Notes under the pieces: generated by a model
What the model was told of the DNA's origin: nothing
What the model saw: only the letters and a program-made list of their open reading frames with translations
Databases searched by the model: none
Shown: positions 37,652 through 45,175 of the stretch, in pieces
Layout of the letters: each line of letters starts with the position of its first letter
Position numbering within the stretch: the stretch's first letter is position 1
Translations under genes and position numbers: made by a program
Origin: Thermoanaerobaculia bacterium
GTDB taxonomy: Bacteria; Acidobacteriota; Thermoanaerobaculia; UBA5066
Reading direction: 5' to 3'
Assembly: GCA_035542215.1 (NCBI GenBank)
Contig: DATKLW010000173.1
Span: 1,717 to 65,716, forward strand
Length of the DNA: 64,000 bases

Positions 37652-38505
37652 GCGACACGGCGGCGCTCCTCCGCCGGATGCACGAAGCGGACGCCGACGT
37701 GCAGACGGCCGTCGGCGCGGCGCTCCCCGCTCTCGCGCGGGCGGCCGACGCGATCGCCGCCCGTCTCGAGGCCGGCGGCCGCTGGATCTACGTCGGCGCC
37801 GGGACGAGCGGCCGGCTCGGCGCGCTGGACGCGGCCGAGATCCCGCCGACGTTCGGGACGGACCCCTCCCTCGTCGTCGCGCTCCTCGCGGGAGGGAAGG
37901 ACGCCATGTTCGAGGCCGTCGAAGGAGCCGAGGACGACGCCGAAGCCGGCGCGGTCGACCTTCTCCGCGCCGGGCTCACGTCGAACGACGCCGTCGTCGG
38001 GATCGCGGCGAGCGGCGGAACGCCGTACGTGCGCGGCGCCTTGAAGGAGGCGCGCGCGCGGGGCGCCCTGACCGTCTCCGTCGTCTGCCGTCCCGGAGCG
38101 CCGCTCCTCGCCGAGGCGGACATCGGCATCCTCCTCGACACCGGGAAAGAAATCCTCGCCGAGTCCAGCCGGCTGAAGGCCGGGACCGCCCAGAAGATCG
38201 CGCTCAACATGCTCTCGACGGCCGTCATGGCCAAGCGCGGCCTCGTTTACGAGGGCGAGATGGTCGCGATGCGGCCGACGAACGAGAAGCTCCGAAAGAG
38301 GGCAAAACGAATCGTGGCGCAGCTGGCGGGAACGTCCGAAGAGGCCGCCGAAGATCTTCTTGGAAGGGTTAGTTGGCATTTGCCTTCCGCACTCGTCGCG
38401 GCGAAATGGAAACTCGACGCTTCGGCGGCGTCTCTTCACCTTTCTAGGAAGAAATTCAACGTGGCGGCTGCACTGAGCCAGCCTCCGGAGACGGGCGGCA
38501 GATGA
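37648..38505 (+). CDS. murQ: N-acetylmuramic acid 6-phosphate etherase
   Basis: SIS domain motifs YVGAGTSGRLG, ASGGTPYV and SRLKAGTAQK. GTG start overlaps the previous stop. Confidence 0.88.
   Translation: MSDTAALLRRMHEADADVQTAVGAALPALARAADAIAARLEAGGRWIYVGAGTSGRLGALDAAEIPPTFGTDPSLVVALLAGGKDAMFEAVEGAEDDAEAGAVDLLRAGLTSNDAVVGIAASGGTPYVRGALKEARARGALTVSVVCRPGAPLLAEADIGILLDTGKEILAESSRLKAGTAQKIALNMLSTAVMAKRGLVYEGEMVAMRPTNEKLRKRAKRIVAQLAGTSEEAAEDLLGRVSWHLPSALVAAKWKLDASAASLHLSRKKFNVAAALSQPPETGGR
38350..38457. repeat. inverted pair of the dispersed motif in the 3' end of murQ (arms 38350-38372 and 38431-38457)
   Basis: The arms are GAAGATCTTCTTGGAAGGGTTAG and TCTCTTCACCTTTCTAGGAAGAAATTC. Confidence 0.75.
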
Positions 38506-39440
38506 GCGTGGGAGCAAAGAACCTCTCTTCGGTGCCCTCGCTCGTGGATCTCCACATCCACGGCGCCTTCGGCGTGGACGTCCTCACGGCGTCCGCCGCC
38601 GAGATGGACCGGCTCGCCGCCGGGCTCTTCGCCCGCGGCATCTCCGGGTTCCTGCCGACGCTCGTCCCGCTGCCGCTGGCCGGGATGGCCGCGGCCGTCT
38701 CGCGCCTCTCGGAGTGGATGCGGACGCGGCGCGAGGGCGACGGGCGCGGGGCGATGCCGCTCGGCCTCCACTTCGAGGGCCCGTTCGTTTCGGCCGCGCG
38801 CTGCGGCGCGCTTCACCGCGCCGACTTCCTCGACGGCGACGACGCGACCGCCCTCGGCGCCTTCTTCGAGATCGCGTCCTCGGCGCCCGGGCGCGGCATG
38901 ACGACGCTCGCCCCCGAGATTCGGGGCGGCATCGCGGTCGTCAGGGAGTTCGTCCGCCGCGGCTTCGTCGTCTCGATCGGGCACACGGAAGCGGACGTCG
39001 CGGCGCTCGACGCGGCGCTCGCGGCCGGCGCGCGCCACATGACGCACTTCGGCAACGCGATGAAGCCCCTCCACCACCGTGAGGCGGGCCCGGTCGGATG
39101 GGGCCTCGTGACGGACGGCGTGAGCGTGGACGTCATCGCGGACGGCCATCACCTCTCGAAGGAGATGCTCGAGCTCGTCTTCCGGGCCAAGGGGGACGGC
39201 CGCGTCGCGCTCGTCAGCGACGCGATGCCGGCTGCCGGCCTCGCGGACGGCGACTACGCGGTCTGGGGCGAAACGCTGACCGTGAAGAGCGGCGCCGCCC
39301 GCAACGCGTCGGGCGCGCTCGCGGGCTCGACGGCGCTCCTCGACGACTCCGTGAGACACCTCCAGAGGATCGGCTTTCCCGAAGAGCGCGCGATTCGCGC
39401 GGCGTCGGACGTCCCGCGGGCGGTCCTCTCCGCCGGGTGA
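38502..39440 (+). CDS. nagA: N-acetylglucosamine-6-phosphate deacetylase (short form)
   Basis: Motifs DLHIHGAFGVD, HFEGPF, SIGHTEA, HMTHFGNAM and LVSDAM. Confidence 0.85.
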   Translation: MSVGAKNLSSVPSLVDLHIHGAFGVDVLTASAAEMDRLAAGLFARGISGFLPTLVPLPLAGMAAAVSRLSEWMRTRREGDGRGAMPLGLHFEGPFVSAARCGALHRADFLDGDDATALGAFFEIASSAPGRGMTTLAPEIRGGIAVVREFVRRGFVVSIGHTEADVAALDAALAAGARHMTHFGNAMKPLHHREAGPVGWGLVTDGVSVDVIADGHHLSKEMLELVFRAKGDGRVALVSDAMPAAGLADGDYAVWGETLTVKSGAARNASGALAGSTALLDDSVRHLQRIGFPEERAIRAASDVPRAVLSAG

Positions 39441-39490
39441 ACCCGCTGGCTTTCGCGCCGGCCTTCTGACATTCTTCCGCCGCAAACCCC

Positions 39491-39826
39491 ATGGAACTCG
39501 CGCTCCAGGACGACGGAAGCGTCACGGTCGTCACGTTGTCGGGCGACCTCGTCATCGGCGAGGCCGAGGCTCTCTTCAAGAGGACCGTCAGCCGTCTTCT
39601 CGAGGAAGGCCGGGTGCAGCTCGTCGTCGACTGCAGCGGCCTGCGCTACGTCGATTCATCCGGCCTCGGCTCTCTCGTGCGCGCGCTCACGACGTCCCAG
39701 CACGAAGGCGGCGGCGCGAAGCTCCTCGGCGTTCCGGCGACCCTCCGCAAGCTCCTCGAACTGACGAAGCTCGATTCCGTCTTCGAGAGTTTCGACAACC
39801 GCGACCAGGCCGTCTCCAGCTTCTAG
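39491..39826 (+). CDS. STAS-domain anti-sigma-factor antagonist (SpoIIAA-like)
   Basis: 111 aa. Motif LVVDCSGLRYVDSSGLGSLV contains the phosphorylatable Ser context. Confidence 0.85.
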   Translation: MELALQDDGSVTVVTLSGDLVIGEAEALFKRTVSRLLEEGRVQLVVDCSGLRYVDSSGLGSLVRALTTSQHEGGGAKLLGVPATLRKLLELTKLDSVFESFDNRDQAVSSF

Positions 39827-39849
39827 ACACGGCGCTCCGGCGCCGGGCA

Positions 39850-42273
39850 TTGGTGCAGATGGGCGACGTCGGCGAAACGGGACGGGCCGCCGAGGCCGAG
39901 TCCGCCGCTCTCGCGGAGCTGGCGCGTTGCGAGTCCGTCGCGCAGAAAGCGGCGTGGGCCGCGCGCTGGTGCGCGCGCCTTTCCGGAGCGGACGAGTCGC
40001 TCGTCTTCGGCATCGACGCGCCCTCCGGCGGCTGGATCGCCCTCGGCGCGTCCGGCTCGGGAGCCGGCAAGAGCCTCCGCCGCGTGATTCCGCGGGACGC
40101 CGGCGTCGTCCGGGAGGCCACGCGCAGCCGCACCCCCTGCGTGCGGCGCCGCGACGACGCCTCCTTCGACACCGACCCGCTGGCGCCCCTTCTCCCGGAG
40201 GGACCCGGCGTGGTCCTCGTCGTCCCGCTCCTCCTCGACAAGGACGCCGCCGGCGCGGCGGTTCTCTCGTACAGGCAGGAACCGGCTGGCGGGCGCCTCG
40301 CGAGACTCGAGGCGTTCCTTCCGGTCGCCGCCGCGGCGCTCGACCGCGCCCAGGCCGCCGAACGCAAGACGGCGGGCCAGCTCTTCGCGATCGAGCGCCT
40401 CACGAGCCTTTACGACGTCACGAAGGCCTTCGGCTCGACGATCGACCTCGGGGAGCTGTCCGCGCTCATCGCCCGCAAGGCCGCGGATTTCGCGGTCGCC
40501 GAGGTCGCGTCGCTCTGGCTCCTCGACTCCGAGGCGGGCGAAGTCTCACTTGCCGCCACGGCCGTCAACGGGAACTACGAGGTCGCGAACCCGCCCGAGT
40601 CCGTCGGAGGATCGCTCGTGGGCGACGTCCTCGCGGACCGCGCGATCGTGGCAAAGAACGCACTCGCGGACGACGACCCCCTGCGAAATGCCGACCCTTC
40701 CTACGAGGTCCGGAGCGTGCTTGCCGTCCCGCTCGTCGAAAACGACGCGCCGATCGGCGTCCTCGCCGCCGTCAACAAGCGCGGGCGCCGCCCGGAGTTC
40801 ACGGCGGGGGACGAGGAGCTGCTCGCGGACGTCGCGCGACAGGCCGTGGCCGCGCTGCGGAACGCGCAGCAGTACGAGGCCGAGAAGAAAGTCGAGGAGC
40901 TGGACGCTCTTCTCGCGGTGAGCCGCGAGATCACCTCGACGCTCGACCTCGACAAGGTCATGCGGACGATCGTGAACGCCACGTCGGCGCTGATCCGCTA
41001 CGACCGCTGTGCGATCGCGATCCTCCAGCGGGGGAAGCTCCGGATCGGGGCCGTCTCCGGCGCGGCCGAGGTGGACCGGAAGGACGCGTCGGTCAGGCGG
41101 AGCGAGGCGCTTCTCGAGTGGGTCTTCTTCGGCGGAACCAACGTCGCCGTGACGCGCCACGAGGACGACACGATCTCGAGCGACCGCCCGGAGACCGAGG
41201 AAAAGTTCCGGACCTTCTTCGACGAGAGCGGCCGCAACGCCTTCTACGGCGTTCTGCTCGAGGATGACGAGGGGAAGCTCGGCGTCCTCGGCTTCGAGGC
41301 GACGGAGCCTCTCGAGTTCGATTCGGAGACCCGCGACCTTCTCCAGATCCTCGTCAACCAGGCCACGGTCGCCGTCCGCAACGCCCAGCTCTACGAGCAG
41401 GTCCCCCTGCCCGGGTTCCTCCGGCCTCTCGCGGAGCGCACCCGCAAGCTGAGGCAGCAGCCCGGCGGCCGCGCGCGGCGGTGGGCACTCGGGAGCGCCG
41501 CCGCCCTGCTCCTCCTCGCCGTACTGCCGTGGAACGTCCGGGTCTCCGGGCCCGCGCGCGTCGTGCCGGCCCGGAGGATTCCGGTGACGACGGCCGTCGA
41601 GGGCGTCGTCGAGAGCGTGGCGCACCGCGAGGGGGACGCGGTGGCCGCCGGGGCCGTCGTGGCGACGCTTCGCGACGACGCCTACCGCGCAGCTGCGGCC
41701 GAAGCGCGAGCGGCCGAGCAGATCGCCGAGGCCGAGGTCTCCCGCCACCGCGCAGAGGGAAACGTCTCGGCCCTGTTCCAGGCGGTCGCCCGGCGTGACG
41801 AGATGCGCGCGCGCGCGGCACTCGCCGGGGAGAAGCTCAGGCAAACGAGCCTCCGCGCGCCCGAGGCCGGCGTCGTCCTGACGCCGCGGCTCGAGGAGCG
41901 CGTCGGTCAGCTCCTCCCGGCCGGCGCCGAGTTCGCCGTTCTCGCCGACACCTCGGCCGTTCTCGCCGAAGTCGCCGTTCCGGAGCGGGACGCGGCGCTC
42001 CTCGCCACGGGCCAGAAAGTCGACGTCAAGGTGAACTCCTACCCCTACAGGACGTTCCCCGGGACCGTCGTCCGCCTCGGCGCGGCCGTCCGGGAGGAGG
42101 GCGAGCAGCGGTTCATGATCGCCGAGGCGCGCGTGGAAAATGCAGACGGGCTGCTCCGGCCCGGCATGCTCGGCAGGGCCAAGGTGTCGACGGGAGCGCA
42201 GCGCCTCCTCCGCGTCCTTCTCCGCGGCCCCGCGCGTTGGCTCTGGTCCCGGCTCTGGCCCCTCCTGCCGTGA
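39850..42273 (+). CDS. three GAF domains + TM helix + HlyD-type periplasmic adaptor domain
   Basis: GAF-like blocks end ...ALRNAQQYE and ...AVRNAQLYE. The TM helix is WALGSAAALLLLAVLPW. After it come a lipoyl hairpin, a coiled coil and a beta-barrel (VEGVVESVAHREGDAV..., LRAPEAGVV..., YPYRTFPGTVVRLG). The start is uncertain: TTG 39850 or ATG 39859. Confidence 0.8.
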   Translation: MVQMGDVGETGRAAEAESAALAELARCESVAQKAAWAARWCARLSGADESLVFGIDAPSGGWIALGASGSGAGKSLRRVIPRDAGVVREATRSRTPCVRRRDDASFDTDPLAPLLPEGPGVVLVVPLLLDKDAAGAAVLSYRQEPAGGRLARLEAFLPVAAAALDRAQAAERKTAGQLFAIERLTSLYDVTKAFGSTIDLGELSALIARKAADFAVAEVASLWLLDSEAGEVSLAATAVNGNYEVANPPESVGGSLVGDVLADRAIVAKNALADDDPLRNADPSYEVRSVLAVPLVENDAPIGVLAAVNKRGRRPEFTAGDEELLADVARQAVAALRNAQQYEAEKKVEELDALLAVSREITSTLDLDKVMRTIVNATSALIRYDRCAIAILQRGKLRIGAVSGAAEVDRKDASVRRSEALLEWVFFGGTNVAVTRHEDDTISSDRPETEEKFRTFFDESGRNAFYGVLLEDDEGKLGVLGFEATEPLEFDSETRDLLQILVNQATVAVRNAQLYEQVPLPGFLRPLAERTRKLRQQPGGRARRWALGSAAALLLLAVLPWNVRVSGPARVVPARRIPVTTAVEGVVESVAHREGDAVAAGAVVATLRDDAYRAAAAEARAAEQIAEAEVSRHRAEGNVSALFQAVARRDEMRARAALAGEKLRQTSLRAPEAGVVLTPRLEERVGQLLPAGAEFAVLADTSAVLAEVAVPERDAALLATGQKVDVKVNSYPYRTFPGTVVRLGAAVREEGEQRFMIAEARVENADGLLRPGMLGRAKVSTGAQRLLRVLLRGPARWLWSRLWPLLP

Positions 42274-44465
42274 GTGCCAGTCCTCGGGTCCCGGCCTCGC
42301 GATACGTCTCGGCCGCCCGCCATGGCCGTGCGGCCGAGGCCCTCGAGGCGCGCCACGGCGTCCGGCTCGACCGTCCCGCCCTCCGGAAAGATCTCGTCAT
42401 CCGGCGCCAGGTTCGGATCGGCGAGGTGACCTGGGTCGTCAAGCAGCCGGAGACGAACAAGTTCTACAACTTCGACGACGACAACTGGACGCTGATCGAA
42501 CTCTTCGACGGGACGCGGACCCGGATCGAGATCCTCGAGGAGTACCGCCGGCGATTCCCGGGAGGCGACACCGCGCTCACGCTCATCCTCGACTTCGAGG
42601 AGATGCTCCGCAAGGTCGACCTGCTCGAGCAGTCCGCTCCCGAGAAGAACCTCCAGCTCCTGTCGAAGTTCAGGAACCTGAGGCAGCGTGCGGCCGAAGA
42701 GAGAGCGGAGGGCTTCAACGTCCTCTTCATGCTCTTCAAGGTTTTCGACCCCGACAAGATCCTCGATCGGACGCTCCGGTACGTCCGATGGATCTGGCGC
42801 CCGCCGGTCGTCGCCGTCGCCTGCCTGACGTTCGTCTTCACGATCTCGGTCTTCGCGAGCCGCTTCGACACGATCTGGGCCCAGACGATGGAGCTCTACG
42901 CGTTCCTGAAAAAGCCGTTCTGGGAGTTCGTCCAGTTCTGGGTCATCCTGACCGGCATCGGCGCCATACACGAGTTCGGCCACGGCTACGCCGTGAAGAT
43001 GTACGGGGGCGAGGTTCACGACATGGGGATCGCGCTCCTCTACTTCATGCCCGCCTTCTACTGCGACACGACGGACTCGCTTCTCTTCCCGACCAAGTGG
43101 CAGAGGCTCACCGTCACGGTGGCCGGGATCTACATCGAGGCGATCCTCTGCACGATCGCGACGGCGCTCTGGGTGGCGAGCTACCCCGACACGTTCATCC
43201 ACGACGTGGCCTACAGGATCATGCTCTTCACGGGGGTTTCGACGATCTTCTTCAACATCAACCCCCTCGTGAAGATCGACGGGTACTACGCCCTCTGCAG
43301 CCTCACCGAGATCCCGGAGCTGCGCGAGGAATCGTTCCACTGGCTCGGGGCCCTCTTCCAGCGCCAGGTCCTGCGACTGAACGTCGAGGTGCCGGTCGTC
43401 TCGCGGCGGAAGAAGCGGATCTTCCTGATCTACGGGCCGCTCGCCCTCGGCTACATCGGCTTCATCATGGCGTTCATCGCGAGGCTCCTCGACAACTTTT
43501 ACTCGAAAGTGGTCCCGGAGCTGGCCGTCGTCCTGCTCCTCGTCACGCTCTACTTCTTCTTCCGGAAGAGGGTCCGCCTCGTCGTCCGCATCTCCCGCCT
43601 CTTTTATCTCGACAAGAAGGAGCTCGTCATGTCGCCGCGGGCCCGCCTGCCCCTCCTCGCCGCCGCCGCCGGCCTCGTTCTCCTCCTTGCCGTCCCCTGG
43701 GGCCGGCGGACGATCCGGATGAACGCCGTTCTCGAGCCCGCCGTGTCCATGAAGGTGGAGGCCCCGGAAGACGGGTTCGTCCGGCAGGTCTTCGCGCGCG
43801 AAGGAGACCTCCTCCGGGCGGGCCAGCCTCTCTTCCAGATCGAGAGCCCCGGCGTCACGGCCGATACTGCGTCCGTCTCCGCCCGCCACACCGGGGCCAC
43901 CGACGAGACGGAACGGAGCCTCTGGTCCGGAGATGCCGGGAGCGCCTATCGGGCCGAGCGAAAGCAAGGGGCGACCGCGGCCGGCCTCGCTCTCGACCAG
44001 GCGCGCACGGCGCGGCTCGCCGTGCCGAGCCCGATGGACGGGCGGCTGCTGACGGCAAGGACGGAAGATCTCGCCGGCCGGTGGGTCACGGCGGGCACGC
44101 CGCTCGCGACCGTCGGCGATACGCGGCAGATGACGGTCGCGTTCCCCGTGTCGGAAAGGCTGCTGACGGACCTCGCCGTCGGGGCGCCGGTGGCGGTCCA
44201 GCTCCGCGAGCGCCCGTTTCGGATCCTCCGCGGATCGATCGTCTCGATCGCCGCCGCATCAAGGGCGGCGCCGTCCGACGCTCCCTCGGCCCTCCGCCCT
44301 TCGGAGATTCCCGGCCGGATCGTCGCGGTCGCGCGCTTCGAAAATTCCGACGGGAGCCTGAAGCCGGGGCTCGAGGGGCTGGCGAAGATCGCGGGACCCC
44401 GCAGCTCGCTCCTGGGAGAGGGATTCCGGATCCTCTCCCGCTGGTTCCGCCGGATCGCCTGGTGA
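42270..44465 (+). CDS. PqqD/RRE-like N-terminal domain + M50 (site-2 protease) membrane metalloprotease + C-terminal HlyD-type adaptor domain
   Basis: - The GTG overlaps the previous stop; the track ORF begins at 42237.
- The N-terminal region WVVKQPETNKFYNFDDDNWTLIELFDGTRTRIEILEEY looks PqqD-like.
- Zinc site IHEFGHGYAV; second S2P motif NINPLVKIDGYY.
- C-terminal part: EDGFVRQVFAREGDLLRAGQPLFQIE...PMDGRLL... Confidence 0.8.
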   Translation: MSASPRVPASRYVSAARHGRAAEALEARHGVRLDRPALRKDLVIRRQVRIGEVTWVVKQPETNKFYNFDDDNWTLIELFDGTRTRIEILEEYRRRFPGGDTALTLILDFEEMLRKVDLLEQSAPEKNLQLLSKFRNLRQRAAEERAEGFNVLFMLFKVFDPDKILDRTLRYVRWIWRPPVVAVACLTFVFTISVFASRFDTIWAQTMELYAFLKKPFWEFVQFWVILTGIGAIHEFGHGYAVKMYGGEVHDMGIALLYFMPAFYCDTTDSLLFPTKWQRLTVTVAGIYIEAILCTIATALWVASYPDTFIHDVAYRIMLFTGVSTIFFNINPLVKIDGYYALCSLTEIPELREESFHWLGALFQRQVLRLNVEVPVVSRRKKRIFLIYGPLALGYIGFIMAFIARLLDNFYSKVVPELAVVLLLVTLYFFFRKRVRLVVRISRLFYLDKKELVMSPRARLPLLAAAAGLVLLLAVPWGRRTIRMNAVLEPAVSMKVEAPEDGFVRQVFAREGDLLRAGQPLFQIESPGVTADTASVSARHTGATDETERSLWSGDAGSAYRAERKQGATAAGLALDQARTARLAVPSPMDGRLLTARTEDLAGRWVTAGTPLATVGDTRQMTVAFPVSERLLTDLAVGAPVAVQLRERPFRILRGSIVSIAAASRAAPSDAPSALRPSEIPGRIVAVARFENSDGSLKPGLEGLAKIAGPRSSLLGEGFRILSRWFRRIAW

Positions 44466-44476
44466 CCGAAAACACG

Positions 44477-44503
44477 AGCGCCCCGGCGGCGGGGCCGGGG
44501 CGC
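44477..44503. terminator. GC-rich hairpin between convergent genes (bidirectional terminator candidate)
   Basis: AGCGCCCCGGC-GGCGG-GCCGGGGCGCT forms an 11-bp perfect stem followed by TTTCC. It lies between the M50-HlyD stop (44465) and the repeat-peptide stop (44539). Confidence 0.55.
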
Positions 44504-44538
44504 TTTCCTGACGCGAGGAAGAACGTGAAGCGCGCCGA

Positions 44539-44973
44539 TCAGTCGTTCTGCGTCGAACGCGCGTTCAGCGTCCGCGGAGCCGCCTGCGCGCGGGTCGCAT
44601 TGAGCCGCGGAGCCGCCTGAACACGGGTCGCCTGGACCCGGGGGGCCGCCTGCGCGCGGGTCGCATTGAGCCGCGGAGCCGCCTGAACACGGGTCGCCTG
44701 GACCCGGGGCGCCGCCTGTGCGCGGGTCGCATTGAGCCGCGGAGCCGCCTGGGCACGGGTCGCCTGGACCCGGGGGGCCGCCTGCGCGCGGGTCGCGTTG
44801 AGCCGCGGAGCCGCCTGAACGCGGGCGCTCGCGACCTTGGCCGACGTCGCCGGCGTCACGGCCGGGTTGTTGCCGAGGTTGCTGACGCGGATCTCACCCA
44901 TCTCCTGGCCCGTCGCCTCCTTGATCTTCGCCTTTTGCTCGTCGGTCAGTTTGATTCGAACCTCGTTTGCCAT
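44539..44973 (-). CDS. tandem-repeat peptide/protein: 40-aa Lys/Glu-rich leader-like N-terminus + 8 x 11-aa R(A/V)QAAPR(V/L)(Q/N)AT repeats
   Basis: In frame with track ORF 44539..45030. ATG 44971-44973 lies behind AAAGAGGAGG. Sequence: MANEVRIKLTDEQKAKIKEATGQEMGEIRVSNLGNNPAV... followed by the repeats. No signal peptide, TM helix or Cys. Confidence 0.75.
   Translation of the reverse strand: MANEVRIKLTDEQKAKIKEATGQEMGEIRVSNLGNNPAVTPATSAKVASARVQAAPRLNATRAQAAPRVQATRAQAAPRLNATRAQAAPRVQATRVQAAPRLNATRAQAAPRVQATRVQAAPRLNATRAQAAPRTLNARSTQND
44572..44835 (-). repeat. 8 contiguous 33-bp tandem repeats (two alternating subtypes, 66-bp period) encoding the 11-aa units
   Basis: On the + strand the two unit types alternate with only a few substitutions. 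One type is CCGCGGAGCCGCCTGAACACGGGTCGCCTGGAC and the other is CCGGGGGGCCGCCTGCGCGCGGGTCGCATTGAG. Confidence 0.9.
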
Positions 44974-45038
44974 GGTCTGCCTCCTCTTTCGTCTTTCGGT
45001 TTTGCTTTCGTCTTCGCGATGGCCAGGCAAACCTCAAC

Positions 45039-45054
45039 TGCAAGAGGGGGGCCA
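45039..45054 (-). promoter_or_regulatory. sigma-54 (-24/-12) promoter candidate for the repeat-peptide gene
   Basis: The minus strand reads TGGCCCCCCTCTTGCA, with GG and GC at the exact consensus spacing of TGGCAC-N5-TTGCA. It lies ~65 nt upstream of the ATG. A sigma-54 activator gene is directly upstream. Confidence 0.65.
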
Positions 45055-45151
45055 GAACCGATCCGGCCGCCCGCCTCGTGCAAGTGCTTGAGAAAGCGTC
45101 GAGGACCGCCCGCGGCCGCTATGCCAGCTCGATGACTTTTTCAACTTCGGT

Positions 45152-45162
45152 TGACTGAGTCA
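45152..45162. promoter_or_regulatory. perfect palindrome TGACTGAGTCA, candidate enhancer (UAS) site
   Basis: The palindrome lies ~100 bp upstream of the -24 element. An additional TGACT half-site sits at ~45132. Confidence 0.35.
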
Positions 45163-45175
45163 CCCCATCGTCCAT

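Noticed and set aside
44572-44835. Regular 33-bp repeats that could be mistaken for a CRISPR array.
   Set aside because: The repeats are contiguous with no spacers. They lie in one open reading frame with a good SD and ATG, and they encode an 11-aa periodic peptide. No cas genes are present in the window.
45131-45150. The small hairpin TCAAC-TTCG-GTTGA after the response-regulator gene as a terminator.
   Set aside because: On the transcribed (minus) strand the hairpin is followed by an A-run, not a U-run, and the stem is only 5 bp. It more likely forms part of the AT-rich enhancer region with the TGACT half-sites.
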